Assembly (NCBI GenBank): GCA_051362555.1
Contig: CM120647.1
Location: 13,554,651 to 13,618,650, forward strand
Source of the DNA: Lingula anatina
Lineage: Eukaryota; Animalia; Brachiopoda
Direction: 5' to 3'
Length of the DNA stretch: 64,000 nucleotides
Each line of letters opens with the position of its first letter. The stretch's first letter is position 1. This document shows positions 13,075 through 27,073 of this stretch, in pieces. The notes under the pieces are model-generated. The model saw only the letters and a program-made list of their open reading frames with translations, searched no databases and was not told the DNA's origin. A program made the position numbers and the translations under genes.

Positions 13075-14349
13075 TCAAATAAAATCATCAATTGTACAAT
13101 AAATGTCTTCTTCATTATCTCCGTCATCATATATTGTATCATATATTGTATCATTAGTGCCAGGATTATCGTCATTGATACTGGGAATCGGAGGTGGAAT
13201 ATCGTTTGCTTTACTGATACTGGGGACCGGGTGTGGAATACTGTTTGGTACCGTTGAAGATTTTCGAGATCGGTCCTGTCTTCTCTTGCAAACGAACAAC
13301 AGCGTTACTCCCGCCACTACGGGGATCAACACAGCTAAAAACACCCCAACTACCACGACTGTTGGCATACCGTTTTCTCTGTCTGTTTTCTTGATAATAT
13401 TATGGATGTTTCCACACGTTCCTTCCTCTTTATACGCCAAGTGTTTCAAAAATGACGCGTTGCAACGACAGTCCAAGTTATCACCGGGTCCAAAGTTTAG
13501 ATACAATGTATTTTTAGAGTTTACACTGATCTGAAATAGTGGACATTTATCTAAAGATTCTGAATCCTGACGACTGAGATCTGACAAATCAAGCTGTGCT
13601 AACAGTGACATATCTGGCGGTATGCTTATCAATATGTTCCCAGACAAAAACAGCTTGTCCAAATTCTTTAGACCGCGGAAAAGAGAAAAGTTAAGAAGAC
13701 GGATGAAATTATTTCTTAAAAACAGATTTTGCAAGTATTTTAAATACTTTATTCCAGGTGGAACCTCTGTAAGTAAGTTGCCATCCATATCAAGATCCCG
13801 TAAAACGGTGAGATTCTGAAAGGCTTGGGGATCTACTGCTTTGATCGAGTTGCCGGCCAAGTATAAACGCTGAAGACTAATAAGGTTTCGAATATCAAAG
13901 GGCACCTGCGTGAGTCTGTTCCTCGTGAAAGACAAAGAATCAAGACGCTGAAGATTTTGCAATAATCCAGGTTCGACATCGCGTATCCAATTCATGGAGA
14001 GAGAAAGGTAGAAAATATGAACCAGTCCTCTCAACTGTGGCGGCATGTTTTCGAGGAAAGTGCCGTACAATGAGAGCGATCTTAGGTCTTTCAAGTCAGC
14101 CAACGCTGTCGTGTTTTCAAGTTTAACTCCGGACATAAAGAGCATCAGGATAACACTTTTGTTATCAAATACTGGGATTGTCTGTAGATTTTTGCAATCA
14201 GTCTGGATTCCCAGTATCCCATCTAGTTTGGTGCTTTGACAAGAACAGGGTGGCAAGCAAGGATCTTGAACCAAGGTCATTGCTACCATCACATGGACGG
14301 CTAAACACAATACAGCACCCTTTAGAACGCCCTGTCCTGTGAGCAGCAT
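13075..14349 (-). CDS. LRR transmembrane receptor copy 2, 424 aa
   Basis: Intact ORF colinear with copy 1; the first tail tyrosine is changed to Asn (GTNDTIY). Confidence 0.93.
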   Translation of the reverse strand: MLLTGQGVLKGAVLCLAVHVMVAMTLVQDPCLPPCSCQSTKLDGILGIQTDCKNLQTIPVFDNKSVILMLFMSGVKLENTTALADLKDLRSLSLYGTFLENMPPQLRGLVHIFYLSLSMNWIRDVEPGLLQNLQRLDSLSFTRNRLTQVPFDIRNLISLQRLYLAGNSIKAVDPQAFQNLTVLRDLDMDGNLLTEVPPGIKYLKYLQNLFLRNNFIRLLNFSLFRGLKNLDKLFLSGNILISIPPDMSLLAQLDLSDLSRQDSESLDKCPLFQISVNSKNTLYLNFGPGDNLDCRCNASFLKHLAYKEEGTCGNIHNIIKKTDRENGMPTVVVVGVFLAVLIPVVAGVTLLFVCKRRQDRSRKSSTVPNSIPHPVPSISKANDIPPPIPSINDDNPGTNDTIYDTIYDDGDNEEDIYCTIDDFI

Positions 14350-15628
14350 GACAGAAACAGCCTATCGGGTGAACTTGTTGCTCAATTGTTTTTCAGATTA
14401 ACGACTTAAATCCTGTCTGATTAAAGCGTTCATGTATGATAATGGATTAGGGCGATCTACTCTTCTGAAGGACCGATTTGTTTCGTTGATAAAGAACTGT
14501 CTGTTTCTATCGATCTGTTATGTTTCTAACTGAAGCTGTTAGTCATATATTCATGTGACACTACAGCATAGAGGAAATGGTAGATTAAATTCCAAATAAG
14601 GGCTCATTCCCGATAAAACTATTGTTCTTCATAGCTAGATCCATTTCTGCAGGGTTTTTCGTTGAATGCAATCACAATAACTGAGTGACAGATTGACAAG
14701 CATCCACCTGATATTGAGTAGAATGATAAAAAATCTGGTGATTACACAAGTAAATTGGGAACAAGAGGAGCGTGTTATAATCTCCAATCTGATTGCGTAA
14801 TTCAGCAAGAGACCCCGAAATTTGGATCGATCTCCGAAAAACGGTGTTTTTAATGGTAATGACCCCAAAATCCAAAGACCATGAGCACATCTTGTGTCCA
14901 TCAAATTAAGGTTATTTTTGTATCTAAAAAAATATCTTAACAAACATAACTCCTGCATTAAAATTATGTTAAATTCACCCCAACGTCATGTCTGCACGCA
15001 GTAGATTGTATTGCAATGGTGCTTCTGATACTGCGTCCAATATACCAGCTTTGGCAATCTGATCGGTAATACTTATGTTATTTTTTAATGTTATACGAAC
15101 AAGATGAATTACATTTAACACTGACATTAATTATTTCACGGAAATCACGAATCGGATGCCATAAATCACAAAACGTTGTAGTGTTGGGTTGTGATTGATA
15201 TCGTCTGTCATTTCCTTCAAAAGACAGTCATAATGGCTCAGAGATTAATATTAGTGTTAACTGAGACTTTAAAAGCATTTCATACTTTCGGTAAGGTGTG
15301 TAATGCCTCAGTTACACCTGAATCTCCTATAATAATAACCTGACGAAAAAGAAATACATACTTCAAGGAATAACTGACAAATTTGGAAATGCTTTGATGA
15401 ATGACATAATATAATGTAAAATTATGCCAAATCTTCTTAAATATTTTTTATGGAATTTCAAAGACGTAAAATATATATAGACGTATCAATAACCATTATT
15501 AGTTTCGTTCAGTCTGATTTAGTCTAATCGATGTTCCGTGTTTTGCAAAGTATTGATTTCGGCATGCTTGCCCAGAGGGGCCTGTTCTTCGGTCAGGAAT
15601 GTGCTAATGTTCAACGAACAGAGCCACG

Positions 15629-15753
<125 letters not shown>

Positions 15754-16829
15754 GAGCATTTTTAAAATAAACCTTTGGACCAAGAGCCTTCGATATACCG
15801 CCCCTCACCCGTGCCTGGTAAAGTGTGGGTCGGGGAAAAGTAAGTTAATTTTCTTATTTAGAATTGAAACCCAATTAGAACCGTTGAGATTTTAAAACTT
15901 AACGTTTTTATTATAAGAGAGATTATAAATGCTATTGTTCGACATAAATAACTGCCTATTGTAAATATTTACAATGCAAAGGAATTTCACAATATATATA
16001 TATATAATCGAAAATTATCGAATTACTGCGTGCGCATTCCGTATGATTTTTTTCTCATTTATACTTGATGAAGCTGTTCATTTTGAATAGAGTTTTTAGT
16101 GTTTCCACATATCAGATATCATCTGCCCACTTGTTATTGAAACAGATGGCCACTTCTCATCTTTATGAAACGTAAAAGCCTTTTGCATTTTTTCCGTCAG
16201 AAACATTTCACCATTTCACTATTCCTTTAGTAAGGACGTTCTAATGAGAACCATATGCGGTGAAAAAAGTGTTAGTTCCTCAACCAACGTTGATCCACCA
16301 GTGATTGAGTAAAATTGCACAACTGTTCATATTTTAATATTAGAATTAATTAATGTTCATATTTTTAATTAAAGTTAAGTACCGGAAAGGCAGTTACAGA
16401 ATAAAACAGCAATAAACTGGTGTAAACTAACAAACAAACATGGTAAAATAATTAACATTTTTTATTCAGTTTAAAACAAAATATAAATCCATGTATATGT
16501 TGTATAAAATACGTCAATCCCCATCCGTGCAACGGGCCGAATTAAGTCATTTGAAGCCCTTGTGAGACCGGAGGATGTGGTCACTTAGATATCAAATTGC
16601 TGTCCACTCCCACAAGTGTGACAATAAGACCCCTGATTAAAAGTAACATGTGACGTATATGTATCTAAGAACTAAAAAGTATAGGCCTACAGTTTCAAAT
16701 TGTTCATCATGTTGAAACTTTCTTCAAAAACTTAAATAGCAGTTCCACATTCAAATGTTGTGCTTTTGTCTATTATTTTCTTTTTTCATCTATATATTAA
16801 AAGCAGATATTTACTCGAACCAAAACTAT

Positions 16830-17275
16830 GAATACACTAAAATACTCCAGCCAATAAAGTAAAAGCATAAAAGCATGTTAACAATAGGAACGTGCGTTAT
16901 CGACAAATAATATACAGTGGTATCGCTACATAAACAACTAAAATTTCCCTCACAAGGAGCATATTCACGAAAAGATAAAAAATAAATTAAAATTACGTTA
17001 TCTAAACCAAATTGGACGATAATCTACAAATGATAATCCACAGATATGTGAAGAATACACTAAAATACTCCAGCCAATAAAGTAAAAGCATAAAAGCATG
17101 TTAATAATAGGAACGTGCATTATCGACAAATAATATACAATGGTATCGCTACATAAACAACTAAAATTTCCCTCACAAGGAACATATTCACGAAAAGATA
17201 AAAGATAAAAATAATTTAAAATTACGTTATCTAAACCAAATTGGACGATAATCTACAAATGATAATCCACAGATA
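16830..17275. repeat. ~223-bp tandem duplication of the satellite-flanking sequence
   Basis: The GAATACACTAAAATACTCCAGCCAATAAAG... block starts at 16830 and again at 17053. Confidence 0.9.
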
Positions 17276-19132
17276 TGTGAGGAATCTCACCTATCACTGC
17301 CCACAGATGTGTGAGGAATCTTACCTAAAACAACCCACAGATGTGTGAGGAATCTCACGTATCACAACCCACAGATATGTGAGGAATCTCACCTATAACA
17401 ACCCACGCATGTGTGAGGAATCTCACCTATCACAACCCACAGATGTGTGAGGAATCTCACATATCACAACCTGCAAATGTGTGAGGAATCTCAACTATCA
17501 CAACCCACAGATATGTGACGAATCTCACCTATTACAACCCACAGATGTGTGAGGAATCTCAACTATAATAATCCACACATGTGTGAAGAATCTCACCTAT
17601 CACAACCTTCACATTTGTGAAAAATCTTACCTATCACAACCTTCACATGTGAGAGGAATCTCACCTATCACAACCCACAGATGTGTGAGGTATCTCACCT
17701 ATAACAACCATCAGATGTGTGAGGAATCTCACCTATCTCAACCCACACATGTGTGAGGAATCTCACCTATCACAACCCACATATGTGTGAGGAATCTCAC
17801 CTATCTCAACCCACACGTGTGAGGAATCTCACATATCAAACCCCACAGATGGCTGAGGAATCTCACATATTACAACCCACACGTGTGAGGAATCTCACAT
17901 ATCACAATCCGCAAATGTGTGAGGAATCCCACCTGTCACAACCCACACATGTATGAGGAATCTCACATATCACAACCCACACATGTGTGAGGAATCTCAC
18001 ATATCACATCCCACACATGTTTGAGGTATCTCACCTATCACAATCCACAGATGTGTGAAGAATCTCACCTATCACAATCCACAGATGTGTGAGGAATCTC
18101 ACCTATCACAATCCACAGATGTGTGAGGAATCTCACCTATCACAATCCACATATGTGTGAATAATCTCACCTATCACAATCTACAGATGTGTGAAGAATC
18201 TTACCTATCACAATCCACAGATGTGTGAAGAATCTCACCTATCAAAATCCACAGATGTGTGAAGAATCTCACCTATCACAATCCACAGATGTGTGAGGAA
18301 TCTCACCTATCACAACCCGCAAATGTGTGAGGAATCTCAACTATCACAACCCACAGATATGTGACGAATCTCACCTATAACAACCCACAGATGTGTGAGG
18401 AATCTCACATATCAAACCCCACAGATGGCTGAGGAATCTCACATATTACAACCCACACGTGTGAGGAATCTCACATATCACAACCCGCAAATGTGTGAGG
18501 AATCTCACCTGTCACAACCCACACATGTATGAGGAATCTCACATATCACAACCCACACATGTGTGAGGAATCTCACATATCACATCCCACACATGTTTGA
18601 GGTATCTCACCTATCACAATCCACAGATGTGTGAAGAATCTCACCTATCACAATCCACAGATGTGTGAGGAATCTCACCTATCACAATCCACAGATGTGT
18701 GAGGAATCTCAACTATAATAATCCACACATGTGTGAAGAATCTCACCTATCACAACCTTCACATTTGTGAAGAATCTTACCTATCACAACCTTCACATGT
18801 ATGAGGAATCTCACATATCACAACCCACACATGTGTGAGGAATCTCACATATCACATCCCACACATGTTTGAGGTATCTCACCTATCACAATCCACAGAT
18901 GTGTGAAGAATCTCACCTATCACAATCCACAGATGTGTGAACAATCTCACCTATCACAATCCACAGATGTGTGAAGAATCTCACCTATCACAATCCACAG
19001 ATGTGTGAGGAATCTCACCTATCACAATCCACATATGTGTGAATAATCTCACCTATCACAATCCACAGATGTGTGAAGAATCTTACCTATCACAATCCAC
19101 AGATGTGTGAGGAATCGCACCTATCATAACCG
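17262..19132. repeat. 34-bp satellite array 3 (~55 monomers, with higher-order blocks)
   Basis: Same monomer. The diagnostic variant ...ACAGATGGCTGAGG recurs at 17851 and 18427, about 17 monomers apart. Confidence 0.97.
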
Positions 19133-20157
19133 GCAGTAATTCCTCTGAATATACAGCACTGAAGGACAAATCGTTTACAACTGAGGAGAGCTGTATACAG
19201 GAGAAATCCACGCCCAGGTAATAAACAACAGCTGAGACAAGAAAAGTGGAACAAAATCCTCCAACAAACTTGGTGGCGCTAGTGACCAGCTCGCCCCGTC
19301 ACGTAGAGAAAATAATAGATAAAAATTAAAATAGATGTCATAACAACGTGTAAGTAAATACGATATATAGATTATTAAAACAAAGAGATAACATAATCGG
19401 GAAATAAAATACAACATAAAATATCATCTGCTCATTCAGAGACGACATTCCAATCTGACTATATCAGTATGCGCCTCTTCGATATCGCCCTTGTCCTGTG
19501 TGCAGGGACCCTTATTTGTGGGAAGAAGAATACACGACTGACAAGATGCCTCAAATGTGGAGAGGACAACAGGATAAGTAAGTAACGTCCTTTTCCATAG
19601 TCCACATTTCTGGAGCATAGCGACATTTGTTTATATAGCCTACATCAACGTAAGTTGATATAGTATGACAGTATCTGGATTATTTATTGTTAAATTCTTT
19701 ATTGTACATGTATCTCTCTTGATCAACTTTATAGCCAACAGGGTAGTTACGTAGCACGGAGGGGCCATGCTGTTATCTGGTAAGAATGTTAATTGCACCG
19801 TTGTGGTAATATTTATACATGCGAAAGAGAAAACACAGTTTATAGTTCTAAATAGTGCTCAACTTTTGAATCATTGTCATATTGTCATATTTGGGTAGTT
19901 CATAAATAACGTGGATTCATGCAGTGTCAGCTGTACTGGTATTAGTAGTTATTAGTAGTTTTATGAATACACGCACCATTTCGATATAAGTTCCGTTTGG
20001 ACGCGGTGACTGCATGTAGCCAAGCTGACGAAATGCTGCTTGCGATAACAGGATTTTTATGCATCACGTGTGTCTTGTCATGAACTTCACTACGGTAATT
20101 GCCCCAACAATGGGTAATAATGTTCAGTTTATTATTATCAATTTTATGATTGCATTC

Positions 20158-20223
20158 TTTTTTTTTCTTCAGTAGTAAATAAATATATAATCTTACGTTT
20201 TTTTTTTGGTTATGAATCACACC

Positions 20224-20259
<36 letters not shown>

Positions 20260-21340
20260 TTACATTTACATACTTGGACTCTCTTTCTCTCTCAGTAAAA
20301 AAAAGGTTGCACAGTTACAGTATTGCATAAACGGGTAGAAAGTAGATCTTGACAATTCATGTTGTTAACCTTACAATTAAAATTCTAAGAGGTATATCGT
20401 TAGCTTGTTGCTTGCCAATTAAGTTGTAATATGCGATCAATATTTTCCCATTTTCCCATTTTTAACATGTTGTTGTTTTTTGTCGGTATACATATATAAA
20501 GGGTATAAACAAATATTTCTGTAATAATTAATGTTTGGTTCCTTCCCATGTTGGGATTTCTGTTTTCGTTCTTCATAAACTAATATATTTCTCGATGATA
20601 AAGATAAGTAGATAAAAACCTTTTATGTCATATGATTGCACAAGTCCGAGTATAAAAATCTCGGGAGATCTCTCAATTACAATATCTAAATTATCTTTTA
20701 CGGAACAAATGACACACGTCCAAACATTCTGCACATGAGGGCAATCCCAGAAAACGTGAAGAATTGTTTCCCTGGCAGCATTACAAAATTCGCACTGTTC
20801 TGATTCTTTTTTAGAAATTTTCATAAGAGAAACATTTGTACTAAATATTCTGTGATTTATTCTAAATTGAAGCGTCTGCAGTTTCGTGTCATCTGTTTCT
20901 TGGAAGGGGGATCTAAATATTAATTGCCAATCATCATTACTTAAGGATTTTTTAATATTCTCGTGCCATTTACTTTTATTTTTGTTGGGTGATATAGTGT
21001 GTCCTTGGAGGAATTCTCTATAGAAGTATCTGGATGGTTTGGTAACTTTTTTTAATTGAATCAATTATTTCGTGGAATACGGTTTGTAATTTCTTCCATT
21101 AGTGGAGATAGTTTTACGCCATTCAGATGGTATGCTCTTTTGAATACTCAAGTATTCCAGAAAGTTACCGTTTAGGTTAAATTTTTCGTTGAGTTCCTCT
21201 AGAGAGAGGAAATTTCCAACAATTTTATAATATCATTAATGTAGAAAATATCATTTTTACACCATCTTTTACAGAATATAGTTTTTTCATTTGTTTTAAT
21301 TTTTGAGTTTTTCCATAATGGTTGTGATAAGATTTCTTAA
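20158..21340 (-). mobile_element. Second copy of the Tx1-like fragment (segmental duplicate of 4111-5283)
   Basis: Near-identical sequence and flanks. zf-RVT ORF at 20573-21064, with a frameshift relative to copy 1. Confidence 0.85.
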
Positions 21341-21992
21341 AAAAAAAAATTATGATTGTAATAATGCCATTAGTATTAGTGTATCACCATTAGTACTGTT
21401 CTCAGGACTTTGAAACACTATTAAGTATAACACAGACTGCATCAGCCTATTCTACAGCAATTAAGTCATTATGTCAGGGGTCACTTCATATTCATGGGGT
21501 TCTGCATATTCCACAGTGTAGAAGGGCGTTGGTATAATTTAGGTCAGTATCATATCTATTTTTTATGCTTTTGAATTCAGTGCATCAAGAAAAAACATTA
21601 TGGAGAGATCCAGTGCCATTGTCCTATCGAACATAACAACCACATGTTAAGGTTCAGTGAGCACTTATACTAATTTCAATTCATATGACATGATTTTCGT
21701 ATTGAAATGACAGACGGCATCAAAGGGCACAACAAATGTAAATCTTAGGGCTCAAATGGATGGCCTTCATTGCGTTATACAAATTGATTGCGGATACATA
21801 CAAAGCTACTGGTATATGAATGATAATACACCCAAATCTTTGGGTTAATATCAGTCTGAAAACCATAGGTGTTCTTAACCTAATAACCAGCATCTAAAGT
21901 GTATTTGTTAAATGGATTATACAGTTAATATGCATACCATGATTAAAAAATATCAAAATCACTGCCAAAGACACAGTGATGCAATGATCACA

Positions 21993-22025
<33 letters not shown>

Positions 22026-23097
22026 GTATATTAGGCGTCTCCACAAATCGATTGGGTATGCTGATATGTCAAATTTACATGAATGTTCTTTTTGAAATTC
22101 GACAGTAATTACACGTTTTCAGCCTCGACACTTCTCGGCACATGACACAGGACCTAATACAACATAAACCCTCTGCTAAGGCCACGGACTATTTATGTGT
22201 ATTTTTCTTCGGTGCGAACAGCAGAGAATCGTGTCATGATTAAGCCAGAGACTAAGATCTGTGAAAATCTAGTAAAAAATCAATCTGCGACCCTTAGGTG
22301 TTGGCAGCTGAGAGGGCTTGAACTTTAAAAAGGCAAATTTACACTAGGACAAGTCGTGGTTACATAAAGGTGCATGTACACAATCCCCCAACCCAACCCC
22401 ACCAGTCGCTAACACCTTTGTTAGTATAGCTGTCCATAGATTTTGCTCGTCGCATTATAAGCACCACTGTCACGAATATTAGAATATGATACTCGCGTAT
22501 AATTTGTAAATTTCACCAGACATGGACGCTTCGGGTATCAAAACTATGATTGATTCACAGTATAGATTAGATGCACATATTATATAACAAACAAGCACGA
22601 TAAAAGACAATAATAAAGGATTTCTGTGCGCCTTTTCATTGTAAATAATTCCATCCATCAGTCGTACAGGTATACAGTAGCAATCAATTTGAAAAGGCAG
22701 GGGCTTTTTCTGAAACAAATGTTCATTTTGCTTAATAGTTCATCCTTAGAAATAGCAGAAAATCTAGACAGATTTTTGATTGAGAGTGGACATTAGCCAG
22801 CCAAAAAGGGCAAATCTTACTAACCCCACCCTTACAACTCCAAACTACATGCAGTTGTTTAACTTGAGCAAATGAATACAAAGAATATAATATGTACAAA
22901 GTACAGTATGTCTTTGTAGACTGCCGTTAATGAAATCATGAACAAAACAAAAAGACGGGTGATCTGAAAGGCTTACATACATGTAAATATTTTAGCTGCC
23001 CGACGAGTCTTGTATCGTTGACCCATGAAAACGAACAGGCAGCGTATGCATATCAAATGATGATAAGGATATACTATATTGTCAACACAAGCAGGAC

Positions 23098-24372
23098 TCA
23101 AATAAAATCATCAATTGTACAATAAATGTCTTCTTCATTATCTCCGTCATCATATATTGTATCATATATTGTATCATAAGTGCCAGGATTATCGTCATTG
23201 ATACTGGGAATCGGAGGTGGAATATCGTTTGCTTTACTGATACTGGGGACCGGGTGTGGAATACTGTTTGGTACCGTTGAAGATTTTCGAGATCGGTCCT
23301 GTCTTCTCTTGCAAACGAACAACAGCGTTACTCCCGCCACAACGGGGATCAACACAGCTAAAAACACCCCAACTACCACGACTGTTGGCATACCGTTTTC
23401 TCTGTCTGTTTTCTTGATAATATTATGGATGTTTCCACACGTTCCTTCCTCTTTATACGCCAAGTGTTTCAAAAATGACGCGTTGCAACGACAGTCCAAG
23501 TTATCACCGGGTCCAAAGTTTAGATACAATGTATTTTTAGAGTTTACACTGATCTGAAATAGTGGACATTTATCTAAAGATTCTGAATCCTGACGACTGA
23601 GATCTGACAAATCAAGCTGTGCTAACAGTGACATATCTGGCGGTATGCTTATCAATATGTTCCCAGCCAAAAACAGCTTTTCAAGATTTTTTAGACTGCG
23701 GAAAAGAGAAAAGTTAAGAAGACGGATGAAGTTATTTCTTAAAAACAGATTTTGCAAGTCTCTTAAATACTTTATTCCAGGTGGAACCTCTGTAAGTAAG
23801 TTGTCATCCATATTAAGATCCCGTAAAACGGTGAGATTCTGAAAGGCTTGTGGATCTACTGCTTTGATCGAGTTGCCGGTCCAGTATAAACGCTGAAGAC
23901 TAGTAAGGTATCGAATATCAAAGGGCACCTGCGTGAGTCTGTTCCTCATGAAAAACAAAGAATAAAGACGCTGAAGATTTTGCAATAATCCAGGTTCGAC
24001 ATCGCGTATCCAATTCATGGAGAGAGAAAGGTAGAAAATATGAACCAGTCCTCTCAACTGTGGCGGCACGTTTTCGAGGAAAGTGCCGTACAATGAGAGC
24101 GATCTTAGGTCTTTCAAGTCAGCCAACGCTGTCGTGTTTTCAAGTTTAACTCCGGACATAGAGAGCATCAGGATAACACTTTTGTTATCAAATACTGGGA
24201 TTGTCTGTAGATTTTTGCAATCAGTCTGGATTCCCAGTATCCCATCTAGTTTGGTGCTTTGACAAGAACAGGGTGGCAAGCAAGGATCTTGAACCAAGGT
24301 CATTGCTACCATCACATGGACGGCTAAACACAATACAGCACCCTTTAGAACGCCCTGTCCTGTGAGCAGCAT
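23098..24372 (-). CDS. LRR transmembrane receptor copy 3, 424 aa
   Basis: Intact ORF; ~17 aa differences from copy 2, nearly all in the LRRs. Confidence 0.93.
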   Translation of the reverse strand: MLLTGQGVLKGAVLCLAVHVMVAMTLVQDPCLPPCSCQSTKLDGILGIQTDCKNLQTIPVFDNKSVILMLSMSGVKLENTTALADLKDLRSLSLYGTFLENVPPQLRGLVHIFYLSLSMNWIRDVEPGLLQNLQRLYSLFFMRNRLTQVPFDIRYLTSLQRLYWTGNSIKAVDPQAFQNLTVLRDLNMDDNLLTEVPPGIKYLRDLQNLFLRNNFIRLLNFSLFRSLKNLEKLFLAGNILISIPPDMSLLAQLDLSDLSRQDSESLDKCPLFQISVNSKNTLYLNFGPGDNLDCRCNASFLKHLAYKEEGTCGNIHNIIKKTDRENGMPTVVVVGVFLAVLIPVVAGVTLLFVCKRRQDRSRKSSTVPNSIPHPVPSISKANDIPPPIPSINDDNPGTYDTIYDTIYDDGDNEEDIYCTIDDFI

Positions 24373-27073
24373 GACGGAAACAGCCTATCGGGTGAACTTG
24401 TTGCTCAATTGTTTTTCAGATTAACGACTTAAATCCTGTCTGATTAAAGCGTTCATGTATGATAATGGATTAGGGCGATCTACTCTTCTGAAGGACCGAT
24501 TTGTTTCGTTGATAAAGAACTGTCTGTTTCTAGCGATCTGTTATGTTTCTAACTAAAGCTGTTAGTCACAGATTCATGCTACACTACAGCATTGAGGAAA
24601 TGGTAGATTAAATTCCAAATAAGGGCTCATTGCCGATGAAACTATTGTTCTTCATAGCTAGATCCATTTCTGCAGGGTTTGCCGCTGAATGCAATCACAT
24701 TAACTGATTGACAGATTGACAAGCCTCCACTGGCCTTGAGTAGAATGATAAAAAAGTTGGTGATTACACATGTAAATTAGGAACAAAAGGGGCGTGATAT
24801 AATCTCCAATCTGATTGCGTAATTCAGCAAGAGTCCCCGAAATTTGAATCGATCTCCGTAAAACGGTGTTTTTAATGGGAATGAATCCTAAGACCACGAG
24901 CACATGTTGTGTCCATCAAATTAAGGTTATTTTTGTATCTAAAAAATACTTTAACAAACATAACTCCTGCATTAAAATTATGTTTAATCCACCCCCAATG
25001 TCATGTCGGCACGCAGTAGATTCTATTGCAATGGTGCTTCTGTTACTGCGTCCTACATACCAGCTTTGGCAATCTGATCGGTAATACTTATGTTATTATT
25101 TAATGTAACACGAACAAGATGAAGTACATTTAACATTGACATTAATTATTTCACGGAAATCACGAATCGGATGCCATAAATCACAACACGTTATAGTGTT
25201 GGGTTGCCTTTGATGTCTTCTGTCATTTCCTTCAAAAGACAGTCATAATGGCTCAGGGATTAACATTAGTGTTAATTGAGACTTTAAAAGCATTTCATAC
25301 TTTCGGTAAGGTGTGTAATGCTTCAGTTGCACCTGGGTCTTCTATAATAATCACCTGACGAAAAAGAATACACATTTCAAGGGCTAACTGAGAAATTTGG
25401 AAATGCTTTGATGAATGACATAAAATAATGTAAAATTATGCAGTCTTCTGAACTTTTTTATGTAATTTCAAAGACGTAAAAGATATATAGACGTATCAAT
25501 ATCCATTATTATCATCGTTCAGTCTGATTAAGTCTTATCGATGTTTCGTGTTGTGCAAAGTATTGATTTCGGCAGGCCTGCCCGGGGGGGGGGGGGGGGG
25601 GGGAGGGGGGGCTGTTCTTCGGTCAGGAATGTGCTAATGTTCAACGAATAGAACCATCGGGATTTATATATATGCAACATTTTTGAAATTTGAGCCTTTT
25701 TTTAAATAAACCTTCTGACCAAGAGCTTTCGATATGTCGCCACTGACCCGTGCCAGGTAAAGTATAGGTCGGGGAACAGTAAGTTAATTCTCTTATTTAG
25801 AAATGACATCCAATTAGAACCGTTGAGATTTTAAAACTTAACGTTTTTGTTGTAAGAGAGATTATAAATGCTGTTGTTCGACATAAGAAACTGCCTTTTG
25901 TAAATATTTAATATGCAAAGGAATTACACACACACACATATATATATATACGAGAATTATCGTATTACAGCGTACGCATTGCGAATTTTTTTTTTCATTC
26001 TTACTTTGTGAAGCTGTTCATTTTGAATAGAGTTTTTAGTGTTTCCACATATCGGATATAATCCGCCCACTTGTTATTGCACTTGTTATTGCAGATGGCC
26101 ACTTCTTATCTTTATGAAATGAAATGAGCCTTTTTCCCGTCAGAAATATTTCACTATTTCACTATACCTTCAGTAAAAACGTTCTAATGGGAACCATATG
26201 CGGTGAAAAAAGTGTTAGTTCCTCAACCAACGTTTATCCACCAGTGATTGAGTAAAATTGCACAACTGTTCATATTTTTATATTAAAATTAATTAATGTT
26301 CATATTTTTAATTAAAATTAAGTACCGAAAAAGCAATTACGGAATAAAACAGCAATAAAATGGTGTAAACTAACAAACAAACAGGGTAAAATAATCAACA
26401 TTTTTTATTCAGCTTAAAACAATATATAAATCAATGTATATATTGTATAAAATTTGTCAATCCCCATCCGTACAACGGGCCGAATTAAATTCTTTGAAGC
26501 CACTGTGAGACCGGGATTGTGGTCACTTAAAGATCAAATTGCTGTCCACTCTCACAAGTGTGACAATAGGACCTCTGATTAAAAGTAACATGTGACGTAT
26601 ATGTATCTAAGAACTAAAAAGTATAGGCCTAAAGTTTCAAAATCTTCATCATGTAGAAACTTTCTTCAAAAACTTAAATAGCAGTTCCACATTCAATGGT
26701 TGTGCTTTTGTTTGTTTTTTTAATTTTTCATCTATACATGAAAAGCAGATATTTACTCGAACCAATACTATGAATACACTAAAATACTCCAGCCAATAAA
26801 GTAAAAGCATGAAAGCATGTTAATAGAAACGTGTTATCGACAGATAATATACAATGCTATCGCTACATAAACAACTAAAATTTCCTTCACAAGGAGCATA
26901 TTCACGAAAAGATAAAAATAAATTAAAATTATGTCATCTAAACCAAACTGGACCATTATCTACAGATGATATAAACGCAATACTTAAAAGCAATTATCCG
27001 AATGTAAATACAATTTGCTAATTATCAAAACTGCAGAGCATAAGCTTTGACCATAAAAGATATAGAGTCTTCT

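Noticed and set aside
13103-13534. Antisense ORFs over the LRR and TRP coding regions
   Set aside because: Shadow frames of real CDSs; not preserved consistently between copies.
17753-17956. Repetitive ORF within the satellite
   Set aside because: Chance open frame; the 34-bp period is not a multiple of 3.
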